From positions 1-27,573 of the IMG/VR virus record IMGVR_UViG_3300027808_000128: 27,573 bases of DNA. One strand, 5' to 3'. The first letter of the stretch is position 1, and each line of letters opens with the position of its first letter. Positions 16,465 through 23,527 of this stretch are shown one piece after another. Made by a program: the position numbers and the translations under genes. Origin of the DNA: a virus. Lineage: Duplodnaviria > Caudoviricetes. The notes under the pieces are model-generated. The model was not told the DNA's origin, did no database searches, and worked only from the letters and a program-made list of their open reading frames with translations.

Positions 16465-18255
16465 TCACTCTGCCAAGCTGCTCATCGAGTTCACCAGAGC
16501 ACTGCCCAGCTCGTTGATCGTTACTGGCTGCCTCCTGTATCCCGCTTCCTGTTCCCCTTTCGGTGGGTCGATAGCCACCAGACCGAGCCGCTGGCGCGCA
16601 CAGTCGAGCGCGAGGAAGGCAGCATCCGCTAAGTCGGGAGACCGCCCGAACCGTGATTTGAACTCTGGCTTCGATTCGATGCGCACTCTTAGTGTCCCGC
16701 TCTTGACCAGATCGTAGTTCCGGTTGGTAATTTCTCGCGCGAGATCCGAGTCAATGCCAAACAACTGTTTGGTCCGCATCAGCTCCTTGCCCACGAACCA
16801 CAGTTCAGATACACGGTTCACGTAGAGTTCTTCACCAGTTAGCTTAGAGTTCTGGCTAACGCGCTTATCAGATGCTTTATCACCGAACCCGACACGCATA
16901 AATCGGTTTGACCACTCACCCGCAAGCACGTCGCAGAACGGTGAACCCGCGCCTGTGGCATCTACCGCCACGTTTTCTGGCAGAATACCCCGCTTGACGC
17001 AGTGGTCCTTGATCTGCTGGACGATCTGGTAGGTGCGCGGTATAGCCTTGTTAGAGGCGTCGTCGTTAAGCAGGAGCGATTCCCCGAACTCAAAGACGTA
17101 GTGACCCTCTCTATTGTAACCGACATAAGCTATATATAGGATCGAGCGGTCGCCACCGTTGGTAAACGCGGGGTCAACGCCCGCCACGGCTGTGGGCTTA
17201 CCCGCCCATACCACTTTACCCATGCTGCCGCTTTGAGTGAGATCAATCTCCGAGTAGATACCCGTCGTCTCGTCGCTGTCAAAGAACACGGCGCGAACCA
17301 TTCGCATGTAGCCCCGCGACTCCACACCGAGTAGTGCCCTATCCTCGTCGAGCTTTTCTTGGGTCGGCAGCCACGGATATAGAACCATGCCAGCGGTAAT
17401 GTTGGGACTCCGCTCGCCGTCGAGCCGCAGGTAGTAGCCGTTCCACTTCGTCACCCAGTTGTCCGCCGTCTGGGTGTCCACCGAATCCCAGCCGCCTTTC
17501 GGTTCCGCCCAGACACCGAAAGCGTCGAAACGGCTGTTCGGGTTGGCCATGCCGATCATCTGGAGCGACGGGTTTTTCGAAAGGTTGGTCAGACCCGCGT
17601 GCAGGATCGCCTCCGAAATTTCGGAAAGCTCGTCGCCGATGACGATGACCCGCGTCTGCTTGATACCGATGAACTTGCCGACGGCCTCGCGTGTTTTGCT
17701 GCGTTCCGCCGCGATAAGCCGCAAGCCCGCACGTTCGATAAGCGTGCCTTTCTCATCGACATACGCAATGGACCCAATCGAATCCCGAATCTTGCACGGT
17801 GCAAACGGTATCACGGTCAACAGCGCGATTACGGAACCCCAGATACGCTGGCGGGCTTCACGTAACGATGTGGAGGTCATCATCACCAGAGTGTCTTGCG
17901 GCTCCGACAACCAGTTAATGAGACCCCATGCGGCCATCGTGTGGGATTTGCCGGAGCTAGCCGAGCCACCGATTGCCAGATACTTGTTGTTCAACGCTGC
18001 CCAAATCATTTCCTCAGCCCACGGATGGCGCACCATCAGCGGCTCTGGCATGTCATCGTTGTTCCAGAGTTCGTCACAGCACCGCCAGAAATAAAATTCC
18101 TTCGCGCGCAAGTTCGTGTGGTTGGCAAACCCATATAGGAGCGCCGTAATAAGGCTGGTTGGCGGGATAAAAAGGCCGCCTACATCCATGCGTTTAGTGA
18201 CCGGATCTATTCGCGGTTCGAGAATTTTACTTTTTTTTACGATTTTTGTTGCCAT
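16465..18255 (-). CDS. terL: Terminase large subunit
   Basis: Walker A GSASSGKS, Walker B VIVIGDE, coupling motif GMANP, RNase H-fold nuclease residues GVDPA, VDATG and SPDLADA. Confidence 0.9.
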   Translation of the reverse strand: MATKIVKKSKILEPRIDPVTKRMDVGGLFIPPTSLITALLYGFANHTNLRAKEFYFWRCCDELWNNDDMPEPLMVRHPWAEEMIWAALNNKYLAIGGSASSGKSHTMAAWGLINWLSEPQDTLVMMTSTSLREARQRIWGSVIALLTVIPFAPCKIRDSIGSIAYVDEKGTLIERAGLRLIAAERSKTREAVGKFIGIKQTRVIVIGDELSEISEAILHAGLTNLSKNPSLQMIGMANPNSRFDAFGVWAEPKGGWDSVDTQTADNWVTKWNGYYLRLDGERSPNITAGMVLYPWLPTQEKLDEDRALLGVESRGYMRMVRAVFFDSDETTGIYSEIDLTQSGSMGKVVWAGKPTAVAGVDPAFTNGGDRSILYIAYVGYNREGHYVFEFGESLLLNDDASNKAIPRTYQIVQQIKDHCVKRGILPENVAVDATGAGSPFCDVLAGEWSNRFMRVGFGDKASDKRVSQNSKLTGEELYVNRVSELWFVGKELMRTKQLFGIDSDLAREITNRNYDLVKSGTLRVRIESKPEFKSRFGRSPDLADAAFLALDCARQRLGLVAIDPPKGEQEAGYRRQPVTINELGSALVNSMSSLAE

Positions 18256-18269
18256 GCTGGTTGCGGCGC

Positions 18270-18298
18270 ACCATAACTCCCAACAGATGAAGCGTCAA
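18270..18298 (-). promoter_or_regulatory. Sigma70-type promoter TTGACG-N17-TATGGT upstream of terL
   Basis: Minus strand reads TTGACG cttcatctgttgggagt TATGGT, within the 47-bp divergent gap. Confidence 0.6.
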
Positions 18299-18302
18299 TC
18301 TC

Positions 18303-18959
18303 ATGGAACAAGATCTTGAAAATGAAGAAAACGGCGACATGCCGTCGGACAATCCGCTACTTCAGAGGGCGCTAGAGCTTTATGCAAAAGACTACAAGAT
18401 CATGGCGATTGCCCGCGAGCTTGGTGTGCATGCGGGAACTGTTCGCCGCTGGTTTAAGAGAATCGGACTGCCGCCTAGACGGCGCGCGGGCACACCATTA
18501 CCAAAACAAGTTCAGGATATTGTTCAATACGTAGATGATACTGACGAGGATGCGGAAGACCTTAAAGACAATCTCGACAACTACACTGGCGACGCGATCA
18601 GACTAGCCAAGCAAGAAGCGCGCACGGTAGAGGACGAACAGATGATGGAAATTGCTGAGTCGCAATCGTCTCCTGCCGACAAGTATCAGCACTACATCGC
18701 GGCAGCGGGCATCAAGCTGCTGCGTGATTCGATGAAGAATTTGAAAGGCCCAAAGTCAGTCCGCGAATTATCGGAACTAGATCAGTTGATCCGTCGCAAT
18801 CTCGGATTGAACTCCAAAAGCGGTGGTGGTGCGAGCAGCATGCGCATCGATATCAGCATTCTTAACAACTCCAAGACCGACAGAGGCAACGGAACAATTT
18901 CTAAAATGAAATCAAAAATTATCGATGTAGACGTAGAACCCGAAACTTTATCCGAATAA
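18303..18959 (+). CDS. N-terminal HTH protein, possible terminase small subunit or regulator
   Basis: HTH IMAIARELGVHAGTVRRWFKR, helical middle, IIDVD tail; adjacent and divergent to terL. Confidence 0.6.
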   Translation: MEQDLENEENGDMPSDNPLLQRALELYAKDYKIMAIARELGVHAGTVRRWFKRIGLPPRRRAGTPLPKQVQDIVQYVDDTDEDAEDLKDNLDNYTGDAIRLAKQEARTVEDEQMMEIAESQSSPADKYQHYIAAAGIKLLRDSMKNLKGPKSVRELSELDQLIRRNLGLNSKSGGGASSMRIDISILNNSKTDRGNGTISKMKSKIIDVDVEPETLSE

Positions 18960-18960
18960 C

Positions 18961-19206
18961 ATGTTTAACAATAAAAAAATAACAATAAATCCCCCGACAT
19001 TAGTTCGTAAGAACGGCGCGCTACATGATGACTTTACCTTTGAGGTGGTTATACTAGAAGGCGAATACTATAGGGTCCTCCCCGAAACGGCGCGCGAAGT
19101 GTTCTACTTACAAGGACTTACTAAAGGTTTCAATATCCACGTGCCCGAATCAGGAAATGGAATTATTGTCAACAAAGCCGCTATCGACTCGGTTAGGCAC
19201 GTATGA
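18961..19206 (+). CDS. Hypothetical protein (81 aa)
   Basis: Tightly packed in the operon (1-bp gap upstream, ATGA overlap downstream). Confidence 0.65.
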   Translation: MFNNKKITINPPTLVRKNGALHDDFTFEVVILEGEYYRVLPETAREVFYLQGLTKGFNIHVPESGNGIIVNKAAIDSVRHV

Positions 19207-19523
19207 AAATTACTACGTTCGACGAACCTAATTATGGGGCCATACTCGAAGCGGCCACCCTCCAGTTTGGAGTTACGGTCGGAGACCTAAAAGGCAAGTC
19301 AAAAGAATCGCGCATTGTAAACGCGCGTCACGTGGCTATGGCCGTTATGCGGGTCTTCTTTGAATGCAGTTTTGCAGATATCGGAAGAGTCTTTAATCGC
19401 GGACACGCCACCGTAATGCACGCATGCAAACGGGTTGAGTTCTCGCGAAACAAAGTTCTTCAAGACGCAGCCGTCACCGTAGCGAAAGCGTTCGTCGCTC
19501 AACGCAAATCAAATAAATCATGA
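19203..19523 (+). CDS. Stand-alone DnaA C-terminal (domain IV) HTH protein
   Basis: FGVTVGDLKGKSKESRIVNARHVAM...SFADIGRVFNRGHATVMHACKRVE closely follows the DnaA signature IGxxFGGRDHxTVxHA. Confidence 0.85.
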   Translation: MKITTFDEPNYGAILEAATLQFGVTVGDLKGKSKESRIVNARHVAMAVMRVFFECSFADIGRVFNRGHATVMHACKRVEFSRNKVLQDAAVTVAKAFVAQRKSNKS

Positions 19524-20011
19524 TTATTGGAATCGATAACGGTCTCGACGGCGGTATTTGCGCCATCTCTGCTTTTTCAGGCGACCTTATCGCTTACATG
19601 GAAATGCCATGTAAGGAGCGCGCTGGCAAGCGAGAGATTGATACACTTAAAGTATATCAATGGATCATGGATCTGAATACTGATTCCCGAATCCTGATTG
19701 AGGAACCCCTCAAGCATGCGAAGACATCGCAAGCCATGCGCTCGATGGGCATCTCATTCGGCAAACTGCTCGGCATGTGTGAGTCGCACATCCTTACCGT
19801 TGAGCCTGTCGAAGTGCTTAAATGGCAGAAGGTAATGCTTGGCAAAGTAATCAAAGGCCAGACGAAAAAAGTAGCCCTTGAGAAAGCACAAGCATTCGAA
19901 CCTGAAGAAAAATGGTTGGCCTCTCCGCGCTGCCGCGTCCCGCATGATGGTATCGTGGACGCTTACCTAATCGCCCAGTATGGGCGCTTCTCAACTCTCA
20001 TAAAACCATGA
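19520..20011 (+). CDS. RuvC-like Holliday junction resolvase
   Basis: MIIGIDNGLDGG, ILIEE, SFG, KWQK, HDGIVDAYLIA: the RNase H-fold D-E-D-D pattern of phage RuvC-like proteins. Confidence 0.85.
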   Translation: MIIGIDNGLDGGICAISAFSGDLIAYMEMPCKERAGKREIDTLKVYQWIMDLNTDSRILIEEPLKHAKTSQAMRSMGISFGKLLGMCESHILTVEPVEVLKWQKVMLGKVIKGQTKKVALEKAQAFEPEEKWLASPRCRVPHDGIVDAYLIAQYGRFSTLIKP

Positions 20012-21180
20012 CACCTATCCACATTGAACCTGCGAACAATTCCGGCGCACGCTTTAACAACGACCCTAAAGGCACAGTCGGCGCTACCAAAACACCACTA
20101 GCATTGATCCCACCGTTTGCTATGGAGCAGACCGCGTGGGTCCACAAGTTAGGTGCAGAGAAATATGGCAAAAAGATTCCAGTTTATGCTTGCAATGATG
20201 GCGTTGAACTGGCAGAATTCTGTTCGTGCGGATACTCCATACAAAACCAACGTGCCACCCAGACAGGCCACATGCCGCTCGCGGACTATGTTTCGAGTGC
20301 TACAATAAAGAACACCCAAGAAGCAAGCGGGCCTCATGTCATGAAGGAAGAGTTGCATGGGCAAAAGGATTATGTAAATCCTGCTACGACAAACAGCTTA
20401 GGCTTTCAGATCCAAGTTACGATAGCAGACAAAAAAGTATTACTAACGACTGGGTCTCAAAAAATAAAGAATATCTTAGAATCCAACATTCTGAATACAA
20501 TAGAAGACCAGAAATTAAGGAAAGAAATACTGTCAACAATAGGATTAGAACTCTTCAATCATTTGGGTTATCGTTGGAAGATGAACTCAGAATTTTGGGT
20601 GAGCAAAATTACGGATGCAAAGTTTGCGGTGGACCAGCAGGAAGAAAAGGATTATTTGACATCGACCACGATCACAAGTCTGGAAGATTTAGAGGATTTA
20701 TATGTCACAGGTGCAATAAAGGGCTTGGCCTGCTCGGAGACAATATCGAGTCTGTTGAAAAAGCACTCGCATACCTGCGATGTTCAGAATCTAATTATTC
20801 GTGATGGTGAAGTAGAGCAGTATGGGGCCTATAATTGGAGGCGCACAGGCGTATGTGCGACCACGTATGTCGCAGCGATCATGCGACACCTCAACGCTTG
20901 GCGTGACGGGGAAGACCTTGACCCTGAATCCGGTATCTCTCACATCGCTCATGCGGCCTGTAGCTGCAACATCCTACTGGACGCCCAGCACTGCGGCACG
21001 TTACAGGATGACCGATACAGGAAGCCCTCTAACCCACATCGCGGATCGGAATTTAAAGCTGAAGAATTTGGTGTTGAAACGGGTCGCCCGCCAGAAAGCG
21101 AAATGGAATGTTTGTGGTGTGGCCGCAGGCTCATCTATTCATGGAACATGGGCTGGGCTTGTGAAGACTGCCATCTTTAG
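20008..21180 (+). CDS. DUF5664-type dATP/dGTP diphosphohydrolase domain protein with a 219-aa in-frame insertion and a C-terminal Zn ribbon
   Basis: Removing 20170-20826 gives KTPLALIPP...GAEKYG|AYNWR...YVAAIMRHLNAWRDGEDLDPESGISHIAHAACSCNILLD...DDR, the canonical family pattern. The tail is CLWC...CEDC. Confidence 0.85.
   Translation: MTPIHIEPANNSGARFNNDPKGTVGATKTPLALIPPFAMEQTAWVHKLGAEKYGKKIPVYACNDGVELAEFCSCGYSIQNQRATQTGHMPLADYVSSATIKNTQEASGPHVMKEELHGQKDYVNPATTNSLGFQIQVTIADKKVLLTTGSQKIKNILESNILNTIEDQKLRKEILSTIGLELFNHLGYRWKMNSEFWVSKITDAKFAVDQQEEKDYLTSTTITSLEDLEDLYVTGAIKGLACSETISSLLKKHSHTCDVQNLIIRDGEVEQYGAYNWRRTGVCATTYVAAIMRHLNAWRDGEDLDPESGISHIAHAACSCNILLDAQHCGTLQDDRYRKPSNPHRGSEFKAEEFGVETGRPPESEMECLWCGRRLIYSWNMGWACEDCHL
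20170..20826 (+). mobile_element. 657-bp frame-preserving insertion carrying a putative homing endonuclease
   Basis: Splits the conserved KYGxxNW motif. Flanked by a degenerate direct repeat GCAGAGAAATATGG / GTAGAGCAGTATGG. About 41% GC versus about 56-59% in the flanks (hand count). Confidence 0.8.
20226..20804 (+). CDS. Endonuclease VII-family (His-Me finger) nuclease nested out of frame in the DUF5664 gene
   Basis: QNYGCKVCG...DIDHDHKSGRFRGFICHRCNKGLGLLGDN...ALAYL is the EndoVII signature. Two N-terminal CH..R..A.GLC..CY repeats. GTG start uncertain; the nearest upstream in-frame stop is at 20205. Confidence 0.9.
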   Translation: MRILHTKPTCHPDRPHAARGLCFECYNKEHPRSKRASCHEGRVAWAKGLCKSCYDKQLRLSDPSYDSRQKSITNDWVSKNKEYLRIQHSEYNRRPEIKERNTVNNRIRTLQSFGLSLEDELRILGEQNYGCKVCGGPAGRKGLFDIDHDHKSGRFRGFICHRCNKGLGLLGDNIESVEKALAYLRCSESNYS

Positions 21181-21196
21181 TATTTGTAAAAAATAA

Positions 21197-21225
21197 TTGA
21201 CAGTCTAAAGAACCTAGACTATTTA
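21197..21225 (+). promoter_or_regulatory. Possible sigma70 promoter TTGACA-N17-TATTTA with inverted repeat AGTCTA-N7-TAGACT
   Basis: Perfect -35 after an A-tract; imperfect -10; ATG 5 nt downstream. Confidence 0.5.
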
Positions 21226-21230
21226 AAAAC

Positions 21231-21557
21231 ATGAACGATAAATTCCAAGTAGGACACGTAGGATGGAGTCCAGATTACGACTCTAACAAACCCAGACGAA
21301 TAGGCTACACCAAACTAGACCGAATGCTTTTTATTTACGCTCTTAATGGAGTAATAAAATGTTACTCAGCCGAAGAGATTCGAGAAGTAGAAGCGAGACT
21401 CTTAGATGAAGGATGGAAGCACACCGCAACGATTGACCCTGCGCGATGGATTGAGGCGATGGCAAACGGGCATCAAGAACCAAGCGATATGCTGGATGAA
21501 ATTCAATTTATGCCAAACGCTACAAAAACACCCGTGTTACCGAGCAGTAACTTCTAA
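21231..21557 (+). CDS. Hypothetical protein (108 aa)
   Basis: ORF directly after the candidate promoter. No motif recognised. Confidence 0.65.
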   Translation: MNDKFQVGHVGWSPDYDSNKPRRIGYTKLDRMLFIYALNGVIKCYSAEEIREVEARLLDEGWKHTATIDPARWIEAMANGHQEPSDMLDEIQFMPNATKTPVLPSSNF

Positions 21558-21591
21558 TTCAAAAAGCACAACACAAACAAAAATATTACCG

Positions 21592-22224
21592 ATGAGGAAC
21601 ACCAACCTACCTAAGTCTAGAGTCTATGTCCGTTGCGATGCCTTTGGCGGTAGTGATACGGAGTATGAGCCAGCGTGGTTAGTAAGCGTCCGTGCAATGC
21701 GGAACCGCCCGTTCTGCTTCCAAGTGTGGGTGGACAAATACGCCGCTTGCTTTGACAAGATTCCGCCACAGTGCATCTACCACTACGAGCCAGACGGAGA
21801 TCAAGTTGACCTACCACTTCACAAGGTACAGATGTGGGAGTGTTTGTCTGGTAGCATTGAAGTCTGGCAGAAAAGCCAGCTTTGCGATGTGCCGATGCTT
21901 GTCAACATGGGTAAGGGTTGCGCTCCAATGACTGGGCATTACTGGTTCACGATTGATTTCCTGCCTGAGAATCAAGCTGCTGGGACACTGGACATCGGTG
22001 ACGTTGAACTTCTGGAGGAACACAAGGAGGGCAACGTGGTCAAGCTATCGAATGGGCAGATTGCAATATACCCAAACAACCGACTCAAATGGATGCCTCT
22101 CAGCCTGACCCCGAAAGACGCGGTCGAACGCATTCCTGACTGGAACGTCGCCACGAACGAACAATGGGACGACTGGTGGCAAGACTCGACAGAACTTTTA
22201 GGTGACGCTAAGTGGGCGTATTGA
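21592..22224 (+). CDS. Conserved phage protein of unknown function (~210 aa)
   Basis: Start moved to ATG 21592 to avoid overlap. NLP..VYVR, FDKIP, QMWEC, G.YWFTID and EHK..N...L.NGQ.A.YPNNR resemble a family I recall from aquatic phages. Confidence 0.7.
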   Translation: MRNTNLPKSRVYVRCDAFGGSDTEYEPAWLVSVRAMRNRPFCFQVWVDKYAACFDKIPPQCIYHYEPDGDQVDLPLHKVQMWECLSGSIEVWQKSQLCDVPMLVNMGKGCAPMTGHYWFTIDFLPENQAAGTLDIGDVELLEEHKEGNVVKLSNGQIAIYPNNRLKWMPLSLTPKDAVERIPDWNVATNEQWDDWWQDSTELLGDAKWAY

Positions 22225-22228
22225 TCTC

Positions 22229-23527
22229 ATGAAAACACTATTCCCCAAGCAACGGGAGTCCGTTGACTTCCTCATTGCAGCGCTCAAGCAGCACAGAGGC
22301 GCACTTGATGGCTCCCATACCGGAGTCGGTAAGACGGTTATTGCATCCAGAGTTGCGTTAGAGTTAGGGATTCCGGTTGCCGTCGTCTGTCCTAAGATCG
22401 TCATCCCATCATGGGAACGTGAGTTTAAAGAGGTAGGCATTACGCCAATCTTCGTAACTAACTACGAGAAACTCAAACGTGGTAGTGCGTACCTTACCAA
22501 AGCAGGTAAGAAAATATACCGCTGGAAACTCCCGACTGAGACTCTCATCATTTGGGATGAGTGTCATAAATGCAAAGCGGCCTATTCCCAGAACAGTCAA
22601 ATGCTTATCGCTGCTCATCAAGCTGGGTATTACAATCTGCTCTTATCAGCAACAGCGTGCCAAGATCCTACAGAGATGCGGTCTATGGGTTATGTTCTCG
22701 GCAAGCACTCACTAAACAAGTCGGAAGATACCAAGAAGAGCTGGACAAGCTGGATGCTGCGCTACGGTTGCAGACAAGACCCGTGGCACAAGTGGGTCGC
22801 GGGTCCACTTGCAAAGTTGTCTGACCTCAACAAAGAACTCTACGGCGTGAATTGCGTTAAGCTTACCCCCGCAGATCTGCCAGCAGCCTTTGCTGATAAC
22901 CAGATTATCACAGAGCCGCTCGCGTTCTCTGGCCTGAGCGACATCGCTAAATTCTACAAGCAGCACGGCATTACGCCTGACATCGTTGAAACCTTCCTTG
23001 AAGGAGGTGGCGCGAGTCCCCATATCCTTGTCGAGATTCTACGCGCTCGTCAGCTTGCAGAGGCAGCGAAAGTGCCAGACATCATTGGCATGATCGAAGA
23101 CGCAAACGAAGAGGGATTCAGTGTAGCTGTGTTCGTCAACTTCGTAGATACAGTCAAGTCACTAGCGTCATCATTTCCCGACGCATCAGTCGTTGTCGGT
23201 GGTCAGTCAGCTATGGTTCGCGAAGATAACGTGCAACGGTTCCAGACCAACCAAACCCGCGTCATCATCTGCAACATTGCGGCTGGCGGAGTCGGCGTAT
23301 CTCTACACGATGAACACGGTGGATACCCGCGCATGAGTTTGATCTCACCCACGTTTAACGTGAAAGAATACGTCCAGACACTCGGTCGCATCCATCGCGC
23401 AAACGCAAAAAGCCCTGCAATTCAAAGGGTTCTAGTCGCTTCGAAAACTATTGAAGAAAAAGTTTTGACCGCGCTAGAGAAAAAGCGCAAAGCTATGGAC
23501 ACACTTCACACGAAACAAGATTCATGA
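22229..23527 (+). CDS. Superfamily 2 (DExH, SNF2-like) helicase
   Basis: Motif I TGVGKT, II DECH, III SAT, V AGGVGVSL, VI QTLGRIHR. ATG 22229 preferred. Confidence 0.9.
   Translation: MKTLFPKQRESVDFLIAALKQHRGALDGSHTGVGKTVIASRVALELGIPVAVVCPKIVIPSWEREFKEVGITPIFVTNYEKLKRGSAYLTKAGKKIYRWKLPTETLIIWDECHKCKAAYSQNSQMLIAAHQAGYYNLLLSATACQDPTEMRSMGYVLGKHSLNKSEDTKKSWTSWMLRYGCRQDPWHKWVAGPLAKLSDLNKELYGVNCVKLTPADLPAAFADNQIITEPLAFSGLSDIAKFYKQHGITPDIVETFLEGGGASPHILVEILRARQLAEAAKVPDIIGMIEDANEEGFSVAVFVNFVDTVKSLASSFPDASVVVGGQSAMVREDNVQRFQTNQTRVIICNIAAGGVGVSLHDEHGGYPRMSLISPTFNVKEYVQTLGRIHRANAKSPAIQRVLVASKTIEEKVLTALEKKRKAMDTLHTKQDS

Noticed and set aside
17459-18094. 211-aa ORF antisense to terL
   Set aside because: Explained by high GC and codon mirroring.
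20015-20023. CTATCCACA, an 8/9 match to the DnaA box
   Set aside because: A single imperfect match inside a coding region, expected by chance.
20164-20210. -1 frameshift at C-AAA-AAG, or a T4 gene 60-like bypass between the TATGG repeats
   Set aside because: Not a full A-AAA-AAG heptamer, and TGA at 20205 blocks that frame before the nuclease ORF. There is no stop or hairpin after the putative take-off codon.
20170-20826. Insert as an intein or group I intron
   Set aside because: No Cys/Ser at the N-junction, no His-Asn followed by Cys/Ser/Thr, and the nuclease is out of frame. The 56-nt and 22-nt flanks are too short for a ribozyme core, and no P/Q/R/S elements were seen.
20822-21196. 124-aa ORF in a third frame
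   Set aside because: Overlaps the conserved DUF5664 C-terminal half and has no motifs.
21406-21591. N-terminal extension of the ORF ending at 22224
   Set aside because: Overlaps ORF 21231-21557; family-like sequence begins at 21592.
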